This document shows positions 17,580-28,892 of a stretch of 64,000 bases of DNA, one piece after another. Positions within the stretch are counted from its first letter, which is position 1. Each line of letters begins with the position of its first letter. The translations under genes and the position numbers were made by a program. The stretch is from Bacteroidota bacterium (GTDB taxonomy: Bacteria > Bacteroidota > Ignavibacteria > UBA10030 > UBA8401): positions 73,405 to 137,404 of the forward strand of contig JBFMFY010000001.1 in assembly GCA_040751955.1 (NCBI GenBank), in the 5' to 3' direction. The notes under the pieces were generated by a model, which saw only the letters and a program-made list of their open reading frames with translations, did not search any database and was not told the DNA's origin.

Positions 17580-17684
17580 GACGAGTGTGTTAACAATTAA
17601 ATTACGACACTACCAAAAGGAGAATTCTGCCTTGCTTCTGCATCATCCTTCATCTATATTCTATTCGAAATTCTGAAAGTTTTT

Positions 17685-18311
17685 ATGAGACAACTTGTTA
17701 TTGGCATAGCCGGCGGAACCGGATCAGGAAAAACATCAGTCACCAACCGCATTCTTGAGCGGCTTCATGCAACGGAAAATGTCGTCGTCATTCAGCACGA
17801 TTCATATTATCGCGACATCTCTGCGTACAAAGGGAAAACACCCGATCAGATAAATTTCGATCATCCCGATTCTCTGGAAACATCCCTTCTTGAAGAGCAC
17901 ATCAAAGAACTGCGGTGCGGAAAACCGGTTGAGCAGCCGATCTATAATTTTACCACCCATTCGCGGATGAAAGAGACACGGCATCTTGAATCAAAGCAGA
18001 TCATTATTGTCGAAGGAATTTTGATCTTCGCTTCAGAGGAGTTGAGGAAACTTTTCGATATTAAAATCTTCATCGACACCGATGCTGATGAGCGGTTGCT
18101 TCGCCGTTTAAAACGGGATATTGTTGAACGGGGAAGGTCAATTGAATCTGTTATGAATCAATATGTCACAACCGTAAAACCGATGCATCTGGAATTTGTT
18201 GAGCCTAGCAAGCGTTATGCTGATATCATCATTCCGCGGGGGAGCGAGAATCTTGTTGGCATTGAAATGGTCGTTGTACGTATTGAGGCGTTGTTGAATT
18301 CGCTAAAATAG
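17685..18311 (+). CDS. udk: Uridine kinase
   Basis: P-loop GIAGGTGSGKTS plus overall uridine/cytidine kinase similarity. 208 aa. Confidence 0.9.
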   Translation: MRQLVIGIAGGTGSGKTSVTNRILERLHATENVVVIQHDSYYRDISAYKGKTPDQINFDHPDSLETSLLEEHIKELRCGKPVEQPIYNFTTHSRMKETRHLESKQIIIVEGILIFASEELRKLFDIKIFIDTDADERLLRRLKRDIVERGRSIESVMNQYVTTVKPMHLEFVEPSKRYADIIIPRGSENLVGIEMVVVRIEALLNSLK

Positions 18312-18421
18312 GCAGTATAATTAAGGTATTTTTACTATAAATTAAATTGTTTTCACTTTTAAGTTTCACGAAAATAATCTATCTTGCTTCCGCATAAATT
18401 TTGACATTTGAACCTTTTGAG

Positions 18422-19702
18422 ATGGCATACAGAACAAAAACCAACCTCGCACAAACGGTAGCAAACACGTCATACAAAAAAACGACGCTCTCCAACGGCA
18501 TTCGTGTAATCAGTGAAGAAATTCCCACGGTAAAATCGGCTTCCATCGGTATTTGGATCAACACCGGTTCGAGAAATGAATCGCAGGAGACCAATGGCAT
18601 CTCCCATTTCATCGAGCACATGATGTTTAAAGGGACGAAGAAGAGAAATTACCTGCAGATCGCACAAAGCCTTGAATCGGTCGGCGGTTACATGAATGCG
18701 TTTACGACAAAAGAGCACACCTGTTATTATGCCCGTGTGCTTGATGAATACGTCGAGCACGCAGTGGATGTCCTGGGAGATATGGTGCAAAATTCGATCT
18801 TTCCTATTAAGGAGATGGAGAAAGAGAAAACAGTGGTTCTGGAAGAGATTAAGCGATCGGAAGATGATCCTGATGATGTAGTACATGAATATTTTGAGAA
18901 GCATCTTTTTGGCGAACATCCTTTTGGCCGTGCTATCATCGGGACGGCAGAAAATATTATTCGGTTTTCGCAGAATGATCTGTTCGCATACACGAAAAGA
19001 TTTTATACGAATGAGAACATCATTCTTACTGCCGCTGGAAATTTGAAACATGAACAGTTGGTCCGGTTGGCGGAAAAATATTTGACTGCAAAACGAAAAT
19101 CGTCCGAACGTCCGGCAGCATTCTCACCGTCAAAGCAAAAACAATTCTTAAAAGAATACACAAAACCGATCCAACAGGCGCATCTCTGCACCGGAACCCT
19201 GGCATTCGATATTCATCACAAACTCCGCTATCCGGGTTTGGTGATGAACTCCGTTCTTGGCGATGGAATGAGCTCCCGCTTGTTTCAACAGATCAGAGAA
19301 AAACACGGACTCGCATATTCTGTCTATTCATTCCTTTCAATGATGAACGAAGCCGGCGCTTTTGGGATCTATGTTGGCACAGACAAAAAGATGGTAAAGA
19401 ACGCATTGGAGCTGTCGTACAAGGAACTCGAAAAGATCAAATCGACTCCGTTGAAGAAATCGGAGTTGCAGCGGGCAAAAGCGCAGTTGAAAGGGAGCAT
19501 GTTGATGAGTCTAGAAAGTACATCCAACAGGATGATGCGGCTCGGCAGCGGTGAATTATATTTTGGCGAATATAAGACGCTTGATTCCATTGTAAAGAGT
19601 ATTGACGCTGTGACGGCAGAAGATGTTCAGAAAGTGGCAAATCAATTATTTGAGATCGATAAGTTTACTACGGTAGTGTTATCGCCGGAAGTGAAGAATT
19701 AA
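18422..19702 (+). CDS. Peptidase M16 family zinc protease (insulinase-like)
   Basis: Inverted zinc motif HFIEHMMFKG...E (HxxEH). About 427 aa from ATG at 18422; the ORF-track start is TTG. Confidence 0.85.
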   Translation: MAYRTKTNLAQTVANTSYKKTTLSNGIRVISEEIPTVKSASIGIWINTGSRNESQETNGISHFIEHMMFKGTKKRNYLQIAQSLESVGGYMNAFTTKEHTCYYARVLDEYVEHAVDVLGDMVQNSIFPIKEMEKEKTVVLEEIKRSEDDPDDVVHEYFEKHLFGEHPFGRAIIGTAENIIRFSQNDLFAYTKRFYTNENIILTAAGNLKHEQLVRLAEKYLTAKRKSSERPAAFSPSKQKQFLKEYTKPIQQAHLCTGTLAFDIHHKLRYPGLVMNSVLGDGMSSRLFQQIREKHGLAYSVYSFLSMMNEAGAFGIYVGTDKKMVKNALELSYKELEKIKSTPLKKSELQRAKAQLKGSMLMSLESTSNRMMRLGSGELYFGEYKTLDSIVKSIDAVTAEDVQKVANQLFEIDKFTTVVLSPEVKN

Positions 19703-19761
19703 TTCTAAATGACGATACAGAAGACTGTATCTCTTAAAAAATAAACCAGTGAGATGATATC

Positions 19762-20877
19762 ATGATTATCGGAGTACCAAAAGAAATTAAAACAAACGAG
19801 AATCGCGTCGGGCTTGTTCCGGTCGGCGTGGAAACATTACGACAGTTCGGGCATACCGTTATTGTTGAAACCAAAGCAGGCGTCGGCAGCGGATTTGATG
19901 ATGCAGCATATATTGAAGCGGGCGCAAAGATTGCAAAGAATGCAAAGGAAGTGTACCACAAAGCGGATATGATTGTGAAAGTGAAAGAACCGATCAAACA
20001 GGAGTACCATTCCATCCGCCGCGATCAGATCGTCTTCACTTACTTTCATTTCGCAGCGAGCAAAGAATTGACCGTTGCCATGATGAAATCGCAGGCGGTT
20101 TGTATTGCGTATGAGACTGTTCAAAAGACCGACGGTTCTCTTCCGCTTCTCATCCCGATGAGTGAAGTTGCCGGACGTATGGCTCCCCAAGAAGGAGCAA
20201 AATATCTCGAACGAACAATGGGTGGACGGGGCATTCTCCTTGGTGGCGTGCCGGGAGTTGAACCTGCAAATGTTGTTGTCATCGGCGGCGGCATTGTTGG
20301 CACGAATGCAGCAAAAATTGCTGCAGGGTTAGGAGCAAAAGTGACGATCATGGATAATAATCTGTACCGCCTGCGTCAACTTGACGATATTATGCCGAAG
20401 AACGTGATTACAATGATGAGCAATCCGTACAATATCCGCAAAGTGATACAGACCGCAGACCTTGTCATTGGTGCAGTTCTTATTCCCGGAGCAAAAGCTC
20501 CTAAACTGGTGAAGAAAGAAATGTTGAAAACAATGAAACCGGGTTCGGTGATTGTTGATGTTGCGGTCGATCAGGGGGGCTGCATTGAAACATGCAAGCC
20601 GACTACACATGAAAATCCGACCTTCGTTGTCGATAATGTGATCCATTACTGCGTCGCAAATATGCCAGGCGCCGTTCCTTTTACATCGACGATCGCATTG
20701 ACGAACGCTACGCTCCCGTACGCAGTTGAACTGGCGAACAAAGGATGGGAGAAAGCGGTGCAGACAAACGCCGAACTCAAATACGGACTGAACATGGTGG
20801 ATGGCTTGATCACCTATAAAGGTGTTGCCGATGCATTTCACATGAAGCACACTTCGGTCGATACCATCCTTCGATAA
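19762..20877 (+). CDS. ald: Alanine dehydrogenase
   Basis: MIIGVPKEIKTNENRVGLVP N-terminus and Rossmann GGGIVGTNAAKIA. 371 aa. Confidence 0.9.
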   Translation: MIIGVPKEIKTNENRVGLVPVGVETLRQFGHTVIVETKAGVGSGFDDAAYIEAGAKIAKNAKEVYHKADMIVKVKEPIKQEYHSIRRDQIVFTYFHFAASKELTVAMMKSQAVCIAYETVQKTDGSLPLLIPMSEVAGRMAPQEGAKYLERTMGGRGILLGGVPGVEPANVVVIGGGIVGTNAAKIAAGLGAKVTIMDNNLYRLRQLDDIMPKNVITMMSNPYNIRKVIQTADLVIGAVLIPGAKAPKLVKKEMLKTMKPGSVIVDVAVDQGGCIETCKPTTHENPTFVVDNVIHYCVANMPGAVPFTSTIALTNATLPYAVELANKGWEKAVQTNAELKYGLNMVDGLITYKGVADAFHMKHTSVDTILR

Positions 20878-20883
20878 TATATC

Positions 20884-20921
20884 GTCTTGCGGAGGCGCAC
20901 CTCCGCAAGACAACATTTTTT
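20884..20921 (+). terminator. Rho-independent terminator after ald (GTCTTGCGGAGG-CGCA-CCTCCGCAAGAC plus T-tract)
   Basis: 12-bp perfect stem followed by ACATTTTTTCC. Confidence 0.55.
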
Positions 20922-21023
20922 CCGCTTCTCACGTAACTTTCCTCTTTCAAACCTGAACTTTTTTTTATACATTTATTAAGTTTTTATTGTATTGTTCAGA
21001 TCAGAATTAAATCTACGCTGCAC

Positions 21024-22697
21024 ATGCCGAACGTAAAAGTAACAATCGACGGAACCCAGCTCGAGGTCGACAACAAGAAGACGATCATTGAAGCGGCACG
21101 GGAAAACGGAATCTCCATCCCTCATTTTTGCTGGCACGAAAAACTGACTCCCGCAGGTAACTGCCGTATCTGTTTAGTGGAAGTGGAGAAGATGCCGAAA
21201 CTTGCGATCGCCTGTATGACGCAGGTTGCAGAGGGAATGGTCGTGAATACAAAGAACGACCGTGTGATCAACGCACGCGAAGCGGTAATGGAATTCATCC
21301 TGATCAATCATCCGCTCGATTGCCCCATCTGCGACGAAGCAGGGGAATGCAAACTTCAAGATTATGCCTACAAGTACAGTTCCGGATTCAGCAGATTTTT
21401 TGAAGATAAAGTCCACAAGCCGAAACGGGTCGAAGTCGGTCCCCGCGTCATGCTCGATACCGAGCGTTGCATAATGTGTTCACGCTGTATTCGGTTCTGC
21501 GACGAGATCGCCGGTGTGCATCAATTGGAATTTACGCAACGAGGTGATCGTGTGGAGTTGACCACGTTTCCCGGTCAGCAACTCGACAATCCGTATTCGA
21601 TGAATGTTGTTGACATCTGTCCAGTTGGTGCATTGACCAACAAAGATTTTCGTTTTAAATCCCGTGTGTGGGAAATGTCCTTCACCGATTCGGTCTGTAC
21701 CGGCTGTGCACGCGGCTGCAATATTGAAATCGGAGTCCGCAACAACGAAATTCTCCGCTTAACTCCGCGTAAGAATGACAACGTGAATAGTGTGTGGATG
21801 TGTGACCACGGAAGGATGGATACTTGGAAACACGTGAACGACGAATCGAGGATTAAGTCACCGATGGTGCGGAAAGATGGACAACTGGTAGAGGTTGGCT
21901 GGGACGAAGCAATAGCGAAGGTTGCATCGGAGTTGAAATCATTCAACGCATCTCAAGTAGCCGTTCTCGGTTCCGCCTTTGCGACAAACGAAGACAATTA
22001 CCTCCTTGCAAAATTTGCTAAAGAAGTTCTCGGCACACGGAACATCGATTTTGTCCGGCATTATTCTGGTACAGATGACAACGTGCTCATCCGTGCCGAT
22101 AAAACGCCGAATGCTGCAGGCGCCGAAGCGGTTGGTGTCTCTCCTCATGACGGCGGATTGCATTTCGAGCAGATGATCGCCGCGATTAAAGAAGGAAAGA
22201 TAAAAGCGCTTTACGCACTTGAGGATGACATCGCACGATATCCCGGTTTTGAAGAAGTATTATCCAAATTGGAATTTTTTGCGGTTCATGCGACGAACAA
22301 TTCCAAAACAACCCAACTTGCCGATGTTGTTCTTGCGGCTTCAACATATGCCGAAAAGAACGGGACGTGGACCAACTTCCAGCACCGTGTTCAGCGAATC
22401 CGCCCTGCGGTGACCACATTGGAGCAAGACCGCGCATTGGACAATTTTGAAATGAGCCGTTGGGATAAATTTGCAGCGCACAATGATAAATGGGGAAAAG
22501 GTCCGCGGAGAGATGCCCGTCCATCCTGGAAGATCGTGACAGGCGTCGCGAATGCAATGGGAACAAAATTTAAATTCACCAAAGTGGAAGATGTCTTCAA
22601 CGAACTGAGCCACAAAGTTGAAGGATTCAAAGGGCTCTCATATTTGAAGGTTGGTAAGCACGGAGCGCCAATGGAAGAATCAAAAGTCACTGCATAA
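21024..22697 (+). CDS. nuoG: NADH-quinone oxidoreductase subunit G (short form)
   Basis: N-terminal 2Fe-2S ferredoxin-like fold (CWHEKLTPAGNCRICLVEV), HPLDCPICDEAGEC 4Fe-4S motifs and a molybdopterin-like region. 557 aa. Confidence 0.85.
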   Translation: MPNVKVTIDGTQLEVDNKKTIIEAARENGISIPHFCWHEKLTPAGNCRICLVEVEKMPKLAIACMTQVAEGMVVNTKNDRVINAREAVMEFILINHPLDCPICDEAGECKLQDYAYKYSSGFSRFFEDKVHKPKRVEVGPRVMLDTERCIMCSRCIRFCDEIAGVHQLEFTQRGDRVELTTFPGQQLDNPYSMNVVDICPVGALTNKDFRFKSRVWEMSFTDSVCTGCARGCNIEIGVRNNEILRLTPRKNDNVNSVWMCDHGRMDTWKHVNDESRIKSPMVRKDGQLVEVGWDEAIAKVASELKSFNASQVAVLGSAFATNEDNYLLAKFAKEVLGTRNIDFVRHYSGTDDNVLIRADKTPNAAGAEAVGVSPHDGGLHFEQMIAAIKEGKIKALYALEDDIARYPGFEEVLSKLEFFAVHATNNSKTTQLADVVLAASTYAEKNGTWTNFQHRVQRIRPAVTTLEQDRALDNFEMSRWDKFAAHNDKWGKGPRRDARPSWKIVTGVANAMGTKFKFTKVEDVFNELSHKVEGFKGLSYLKVGKHGAPMEESKVTA

Positions 22698-22710
22698 CAC
22701 TGATGGCACT

Positions 22711-23772
22711 ATGGAATCGATCGATATCATCGAAGCGTTAATCAAAATCCTTATCGTTATTTTCGGCATACTCTTGCCATGTGTAACGTACCTCGGGGTG
22801 CAGCTTGAGCGGAAGCTGAGTGCGTACATTCAAAACCGCATTGGTCCGAACCGCGTCGGTCCGTTTGGATTGCTGCAGCCCCTTGCAGACATTCCAAAGT
22901 TATTCATGAAAGAAGATGTCGTTCCGGCGAATGCGAACAAGTTCATTCATTCGCTCGGACCTCTGATTTCCTTATCCATTGCCTTTTCGACCTTTGCCGT
23001 CATTCCATTTGGGAATGTGCTGCCGATCGTGATTGATGGTGTAACGCACAATATCAAATTGCAGATCGCCGATGTAAATATCGGCGTATTATATATCCTT
23101 GCACTCTCGTCGCTTGCAGTGTACGGAATTACGCTCAGCGGCTGGTCGTCAAACAACAAGTATTCGCTTCTCGGCGGTATCCGTTCTTCCGCACAGATGA
23201 TCAGTTATGAACTCTCGATGGGCTTATCGATCATCGGAGTAGTGATGGTGAATAACACACTGCAGTTGGATGACATCGTGGTTGCACAGGGAGGATATTT
23301 CTTCGATATCATCCCGAAATGGAACGTGTTCGTTCAGCCGATAGGTTTTATTACATTTTTTGTTGCGATGTTTGCCGAAACAAACCGTCTGCCGTTCGAT
23401 CTGCCGGAAGCAGAACCGGAACTTGTTGCCGGATACCATACGGAATATTCCGGCATGAAATTCGGAATGTTCATGTTGTCGGAGTATCTTGCCATGTTTA
23501 TGGCAGCAAGCATGATCACAACATTGTACTTCGGCGGCTGGCAGGCGCCGTACATCGAACGGTTCGATCTCTCACCGTTGTTTGTTAGTCTCTCGCAGCT
23601 TGGCGCATTCTTTACAAAGTTTGCTCTCATTGTCGTTTTCTTTATGATTGTCCGATGGTCAATGCCGCGGTTCCGGTACGACCAGTTGATGAATCTTGGA
23701 TGGAAAGTGATGCTTCCTCTTTCGTTGTTGAATATTGCGATCACGGGTTTCTTCATACTATATTTTTCGTAA
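22711..23772 (+). CDS. nuoH: NADH-quinone oxidoreductase subunit H
   Basis: Polytopic membrane protein with the conserved NuoH motifs GPFGLLQPLAD and NRLPFDLPEAE. ATG at 22711 chosen because the ORF-track start overlaps nuoG. Confidence 0.9.
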   Translation: MESIDIIEALIKILIVIFGILLPCVTYLGVQLERKLSAYIQNRIGPNRVGPFGLLQPLADIPKLFMKEDVVPANANKFIHSLGPLISLSIAFSTFAVIPFGNVLPIVIDGVTHNIKLQIADVNIGVLYILALSSLAVYGITLSGWSSNNKYSLLGGIRSSAQMISYELSMGLSIIGVVMVNNTLQLDDIVVAQGGYFFDIIPKWNVFVQPIGFITFFVAMFAETNRLPFDLPEAEPELVAGYHTEYSGMKFGMFMLSEYLAMFMAASMITTLYFGGWQAPYIERFDLSPLFVSLSQLGAFFTKFALIVVFFMIVRWSMPRFRYDQLMNLGWKVMLPLSLLNIAITGFFILYFS

Positions 23773-23778
23773 TGGCGC

Positions 23779-24297
23779 ATGCAGTCTATGAATAAACATC
23801 TGGAAAAAAACGAAGTCATTCGTCTCAAAGACCTGAAGTGGAATCAGAAGATGTACATTCCGGAGATCTTCAAAGGAATGTGGAGCGCCGTCAAACAGAT
23901 CTTTAAGCCGAAATTCACGTACCAATACCCGGAAGTGAAGTTTGAGCCTGCATCATCATTCAGAGGACGCCCCGTATTGGTGCATGAGAATGGTGTGGAG
24001 CGGTGTGTTGCGTGCGGATTGTGCAGCCGCGTCTGTCCCGCGCTTGCCATTCAGGTGCAGGCGGCGGAGACGGAGCTCGACAAAGAACGGTATCCCGAAC
24101 TCTTTGAAATCAACATGACGCGCTGCATCTTCTGCGGGTTCTGCGAAGAGGTTTGTCCCGAAGAGGCGATCATTATGAGCAATGAGTATGAACTTGCCTT
24201 CTCAAGTCAGCAAGAATCTATTTTTGGAAAGGATAAATTGCTCAAGTCGGTCGAGGAAATGAAACCGCGTCTCGATTTTTTGCGTGCGCATAGATAA
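23779..24297 (+). CDS. nuoI: NADH-quinone oxidoreductase subunit I (2x[4Fe-4S] ferredoxin)
   Basis: Two CxxCxxCxxxCP motifs (CVACGLCSRVCP, CIFCGFCEEVCP). 172 aa. Confidence 0.9.
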   Translation: MQSMNKHLEKNEVIRLKDLKWNQKMYIPEIFKGMWSAVKQIFKPKFTYQYPEVKFEPASSFRGRPVLVHENGVERCVACGLCSRVCPALAIQVQAAETELDKERYPELFEINMTRCIFCGFCEEVCPEEAIIMSNEYELAFSSQQESIFGKDKLLKSVEEMKPRLDFLRAHR

Positions 24298-24419
24298 TTG
24301 AGAGAATAAAATTTTCATTTTTCCCCTTGCGTTGAATAAGAAATTGTTCAGCGCATTTTTCTTTTAAAGAAATAGATTTTCCACATCAATGAGATTTGAA
24401 AAAATCTGAAAGAAAAACT

Positions 24420-25337
24420 ATGAAAGTCGGAATAGTAGGAGCAGGGTTTGTCGGCTCGGCAACCGGATATGCGATGGTATTGCGTAATTCATGCAGGGAA
24501 ATTGTCCTTATCGATGTGAACGATGCAAAAGCCAAAGCGGAAGCGAGTGACATTCAACATGCGACGCCTGTCTCGCATCCTGTATTGATCTCTGCCGGTT
24601 CTTACAAAGATTTAAAAGAGGCGAAAGTTATCATCGTTACGGCGGGCGTGAATCAACGCCAGGGAGAGACGCGTCTCGATCTCATCGGAAGGAATGTCGC
24701 CGTATTCCAAAACATCATCCCGCAAATTGTTGCTGTTGAACCGAACGCCGTAATTCTTGTTGCAACAAACCCGGTCGATATTTTAACGACGGTGACGGAA
24801 CGAATTGCAAAGTTGAATAAAGGCAAGATCATGGGTTCGGGTACAACGCTGGATACAGCACGCTTCCGCACACTGGTTGCAGAACATGTCGGTGTGGATG
24901 CACATCATGTCCACGGTTATGTCGTCGGTGAGCACGGCGACAGCGAAGTGATTGTATGGAGCAGTGCAATGGTGGCAGGAATGCCAGTCAAAGAATTTTG
25001 CGCCGCACGAGGCATTGAATGGTCCGATTCGATCAAACAAAAAATATCCGATCATGTACGGAAAGCAGCGTACCACATTATTCAAGGAAAAGGTGCGACG
25101 TATTACGGCATAGGTGCTGTCCTTGCAAATATTACCGAGCGCATCCTCCGCAACCAGCGCGCTATTTTGACCGTGAGCGAAACGATCGATGAATACGGTG
25201 TTGCTCTTTCACTTCCGCGATTGGTAGGAGGAGATGGAGTGATAGGGAATATTGGTTTGTCCATGAATGACGATGAGAAGAAATTACTGCAAACGAGCGC
25301 GGATGTGTTGAAGGAGGCGCTATCATCCGTTAAATAA
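24420..25337 (+). CDS. ldh: L-lactate dehydrogenase
   Basis: GAGFVGSA Rossmann motif, GVNQRQGETRLDL with Gln at the substrate-specificity position (LDH-type), and the GEHGDS active-site loop. Confidence 0.8.
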   Translation: MKVGIVGAGFVGSATGYAMVLRNSCREIVLIDVNDAKAKAEASDIQHATPVSHPVLISAGSYKDLKEAKVIIVTAGVNQRQGETRLDLIGRNVAVFQNIIPQIVAVEPNAVILVATNPVDILTTVTERIAKLNKGKIMGSGTTLDTARFRTLVAEHVGVDAHHVHGYVVGEHGDSEVIVWSSAMVAGMPVKEFCAARGIEWSDSIKQKISDHVRKAAYHIIQGKGATYYGIGAVLANITERILRNQRAILTVSETIDEYGVALSLPRLVGGDGVIGNIGLSMNDDEKKLLQTSADVLKEALSSVK

Positions 25338-25402
25338 AATCTCTTCTTGAAACTTACTCCCACACTGAATATATTCCTGCAATAATTTTTTTTGAGTAGG
25401 AA

Positions 25403-26941
25403 ATGCTTTCGACAGTCTTCTCTGCCGCAACGTACGGTATCAACGCATATCTCATTGAGATAGAAACGAACATCGAGAATACCGTACCTAACTTTTTTAT
25501 GGTCGGATTACCCGACAACGCAGTAAAAGAAAGCAGGGAACGTGTTGCTTCCGCAGTCAAAAATTCCGCATTCACCTATCCTAACAAACGCATCACTATC
25601 AATCTCGCCCCCGCAGATGTGAAGAAGGAAGGTTCGTCGTACGATCTTCCCATCGCAATCGGAATGCTTGCATCCAGCGGACAGGTGAGTACAGACCTGC
25701 TGAAAGATTTTGTGATACTCGGCGAACTTGCACTTGATGGTTCACTCCGACCGATCCATGGTGCGCTGCCCATTGCAGTTGAACTAAAGAAAAAAGGGAT
25801 CCGTGGTGTGATTCTCCCGGAATCAAATGCAAAAGAAGCTGCGATGGTTGAAGGGATCGATGTGTTCGGCGTTGCAGATCTGACCGATGCGGTCGATCTG
25901 TTGGAAGGGAAGAACAGGTTAAAACCGCTGCGTGTGAACATGAAGGAGGTATTTTCCGTTGATCAGAAATACAATGCTGATTTTTCAGATGTAAAAGGAC
26001 AGGAGAATGTAAAGCGTGCATTGGAAGTTGCCGCGGCAGGCGGGCACAACATCATCATGATCGGTCCCCCCGGTTCCGGAAAAACAATGCTTGCTCGCCG
26101 GCTCCCGAGTATTCTTCCTCCGATGACTTTTGAGGAGAGCATTGAAACGACGAAGATTCATTCAGTCTCCGGGTTGCTGCCTCCGGGGTCTGCGCTTGTT
26201 GCGCAGCGTCCGTTTCGTTCGCCGCATCATACAATTTCAGATTCAGCGCTTGTCGGCGGAGGAACAATTCCGCGTCCCGGAGAAATATCATTGTCGCATC
26301 ACGGCGTACTTTTTCTGGACGAACTCCCAGAATTTGCGCGCAACGTGCTCGAAGTAATGCGCCAGCCATTGGAAGACGGGAGGGTGACAATCAGCCGGTC
26401 AAAAATGTCAGTCGATTTTCCGGCAAATTTTATGCTCGTCTGCGCGATGAATCCATGTCCCTGCGGTAATTTCGGAAATCCGAATGCTGAGTGCACCTGC
26501 ACGCCGATGATGATTCAAAAATATATGGCAAAGATCTCCGGACCGCTGCTCGACAGGATCGATATCCATATTGAAGTGCCTGCTGTAAAGGTTGCCGAAC
26601 TCTCACAAAAGAAACCGGGTGAACAATCTTCTACTGTGCGCGAACGAGTGATCACCGCCAGAGAGAGGCAGCTCAAACGATTTTCTCTTCATAAAAAAAG
26701 TCTCTTCTCAAATGCCGGAATGCAGTCTAAAGAGATCAGGGAATTTTGCAAAATCGATTCTGCCGGAGAAGAACTTCTAAAAATGGCGATGACGAAATTA
26801 GGATTATCGGCACGTGCATACGACCGCATCCTCAAAGTCTCACGCACGATCGCCGACCTTGCAGGTTCCACAGAGATCGGCACGGAACATTTGAGCGAGG
26901 CAATTCAATACAGAAGTCTTGATAGAAATTTGTGGATGTAA
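25403..26941 (+). CDS. comM: YifB/ComM family Mg-chelatase-like AAA+ ATPase
   Basis: N-terminal Lon-protease-like domain, Walker A GPPGSGKT and a C-terminal Mg-chelatase domain. 512 aa. Confidence 0.9.
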   Translation: MLSTVFSAATYGINAYLIEIETNIENTVPNFFMVGLPDNAVKESRERVASAVKNSAFTYPNKRITINLAPADVKKEGSSYDLPIAIGMLASSGQVSTDLLKDFVILGELALDGSLRPIHGALPIAVELKKKGIRGVILPESNAKEAAMVEGIDVFGVADLTDAVDLLEGKNRLKPLRVNMKEVFSVDQKYNADFSDVKGQENVKRALEVAAAGGHNIIMIGPPGSGKTMLARRLPSILPPMTFEESIETTKIHSVSGLLPPGSALVAQRPFRSPHHTISDSALVGGGTIPRPGEISLSHHGVLFLDELPEFARNVLEVMRQPLEDGRVTISRSKMSVDFPANFMLVCAMNPCPCGNFGNPNAECTCTPMMIQKYMAKISGPLLDRIDIHIEVPAVKVAELSQKKPGEQSSTVRERVITARERQLKRFSLHKKSLFSNAGMQSKEIREFCKIDSAGEELLKMAMTKLGLSARAYDRILKVSRTIADLAGSTEIGTEHLSEAIQYRSLDRNLWM

Positions 26942-26959
26942 AAATATCCACGGATGGTA

Positions 26960-26987
26960 TTGACAAATCATTTTTATCTGCTATATT
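26960..26987 (+). promoter_or_regulatory. Candidate sigma70-like promoter (TTGACA - 16 nt - TATATT) driving the SAM riboswitch/metYX leader
   Basis: Hexamers seen in sequence about 25 nt upstream of the riboswitch P1 helix. Assumes the organism uses E. coli-like -35/-10 elements. Confidence 0.35.
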
Positions 26988-27013
26988 ACATGTAGTTCTT
27001 TAGCATAAGTAAA

Positions 27014-27127
27014 CATTCATCAAGAGTGGACGAGGGACTGACCCGATGACTCCACAGCAACCGGCGCTCCAAACAGCAGCGCGTCAGGTGCTACATTCAG
27101 AATCCGCTTGAGCGGAGAAGATGAACA
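27014..27127 (+). ncRNA. SAM-I (S-box) riboswitch aptamer
   Basis: Matches the SAM-I consensus: P1 UUCAUC...GAUGAA, AAGAG, GAGGGA, UGACCCGAUGA, GCAACC, GGUGCUACAUUC and AGAUGAA. Located upstream of metY-metX. Confidence 0.8.
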
Positions 27128-27148
27128 AAAGACTGTGAAACTTTTTAC

Positions 27149-27189
27149 AACCTCTTTTAGTTCCTCTTCTAAAAGAGGTTTTTCATTTT
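27149..27189 (+). terminator. Riboswitch expression-platform intrinsic terminator (AACCTCTTTTAG...CTAAAAGAGGTT plus TTTCATTTT)
   Basis: 12-bp perfect inverted repeat immediately followed by a T-rich tract. Confidence 0.7.
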
Positions 27190-27433
27190 AAACATGTACG
27201 AACCATTCCGACGGCTTTGATCTACCGGATTGGTCAAGACAACAATGCAGCATAATTCAAACTTACATCTTTTCTACGCCTGCCGGCCCGTTATGGAGCA
27301 CCTCTCTCCATATTTCGACGGGAATTTCCTCTGTTGTCGTTAATCATATTTCCTATCATATTCATTAATTTTTTGAAGAAACGTGAGTGCTCCGCAATGG
27401 AGTCGTTTCTTTGTTTTCAACAATTTTTATTAA

Positions 27434-28786
<1,353 letters not shown>

Positions 28787-28794
28787 CGTTTCAA

Positions 28795-28824
28795 GATGAC
28801 CGTCGCCTTAAAGGTGACGTCATC
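28795..28824 (+). terminator. Imperfect GC-rich hairpin after metY (GATGACCGTCGCC-TTAAA-GGTGACGTCATC) followed by an A/T-rich tract
   Basis: Seen in sequence, 9 nt after the metY stop. Could be a partial terminator or an RNA-processing element between metY and metX. Confidence 0.35.
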
Positions 28825-28892
28825 AGTAATAAAAAATTTGGAATTCCACTCGACGCAGGCTGGAATCATTTCTCCGGCTTGCGTCACATTAA

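Noticed and set aside
18470-19051. Minus-strand 193-aa ORF inside the M16 peptidase gene
   Set aside because: Shadow ORF. The M16 HxxEH signature on the plus strand explains the region.
19709-19726. Hairpin GATACAG-AAGA-CTGTATC after the M16 peptidase gene as a terminator
   Set aside because: Only a 7-bp stem followed by an A-tract rather than a U-tract on the plus strand. Too weak to call.
22651-22710. Upstream extension of nuoH overlapping nuoG by 47 nt
   Set aside because: The conserved NuoH N-terminus begins at the ATG at 22711, and the extension has no counterpart in NuoH proteins.
25576-26021. Minus-strand ORFs of 121 and 140 aa inside comM
   Set aside because: Shadow ORFs with Ser/Pro/Arg-rich composition. 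The comM AAA+ motifs occupy the plus strand.
27194-27220. Tiny ORF (MYEPFRRL, 8 aa) in the metY leader as a possible leader peptide
   Set aside because: It has no Met/Cys-rich regulatory codons and no RBS. A SAM riboswitch already accounts for regulation.
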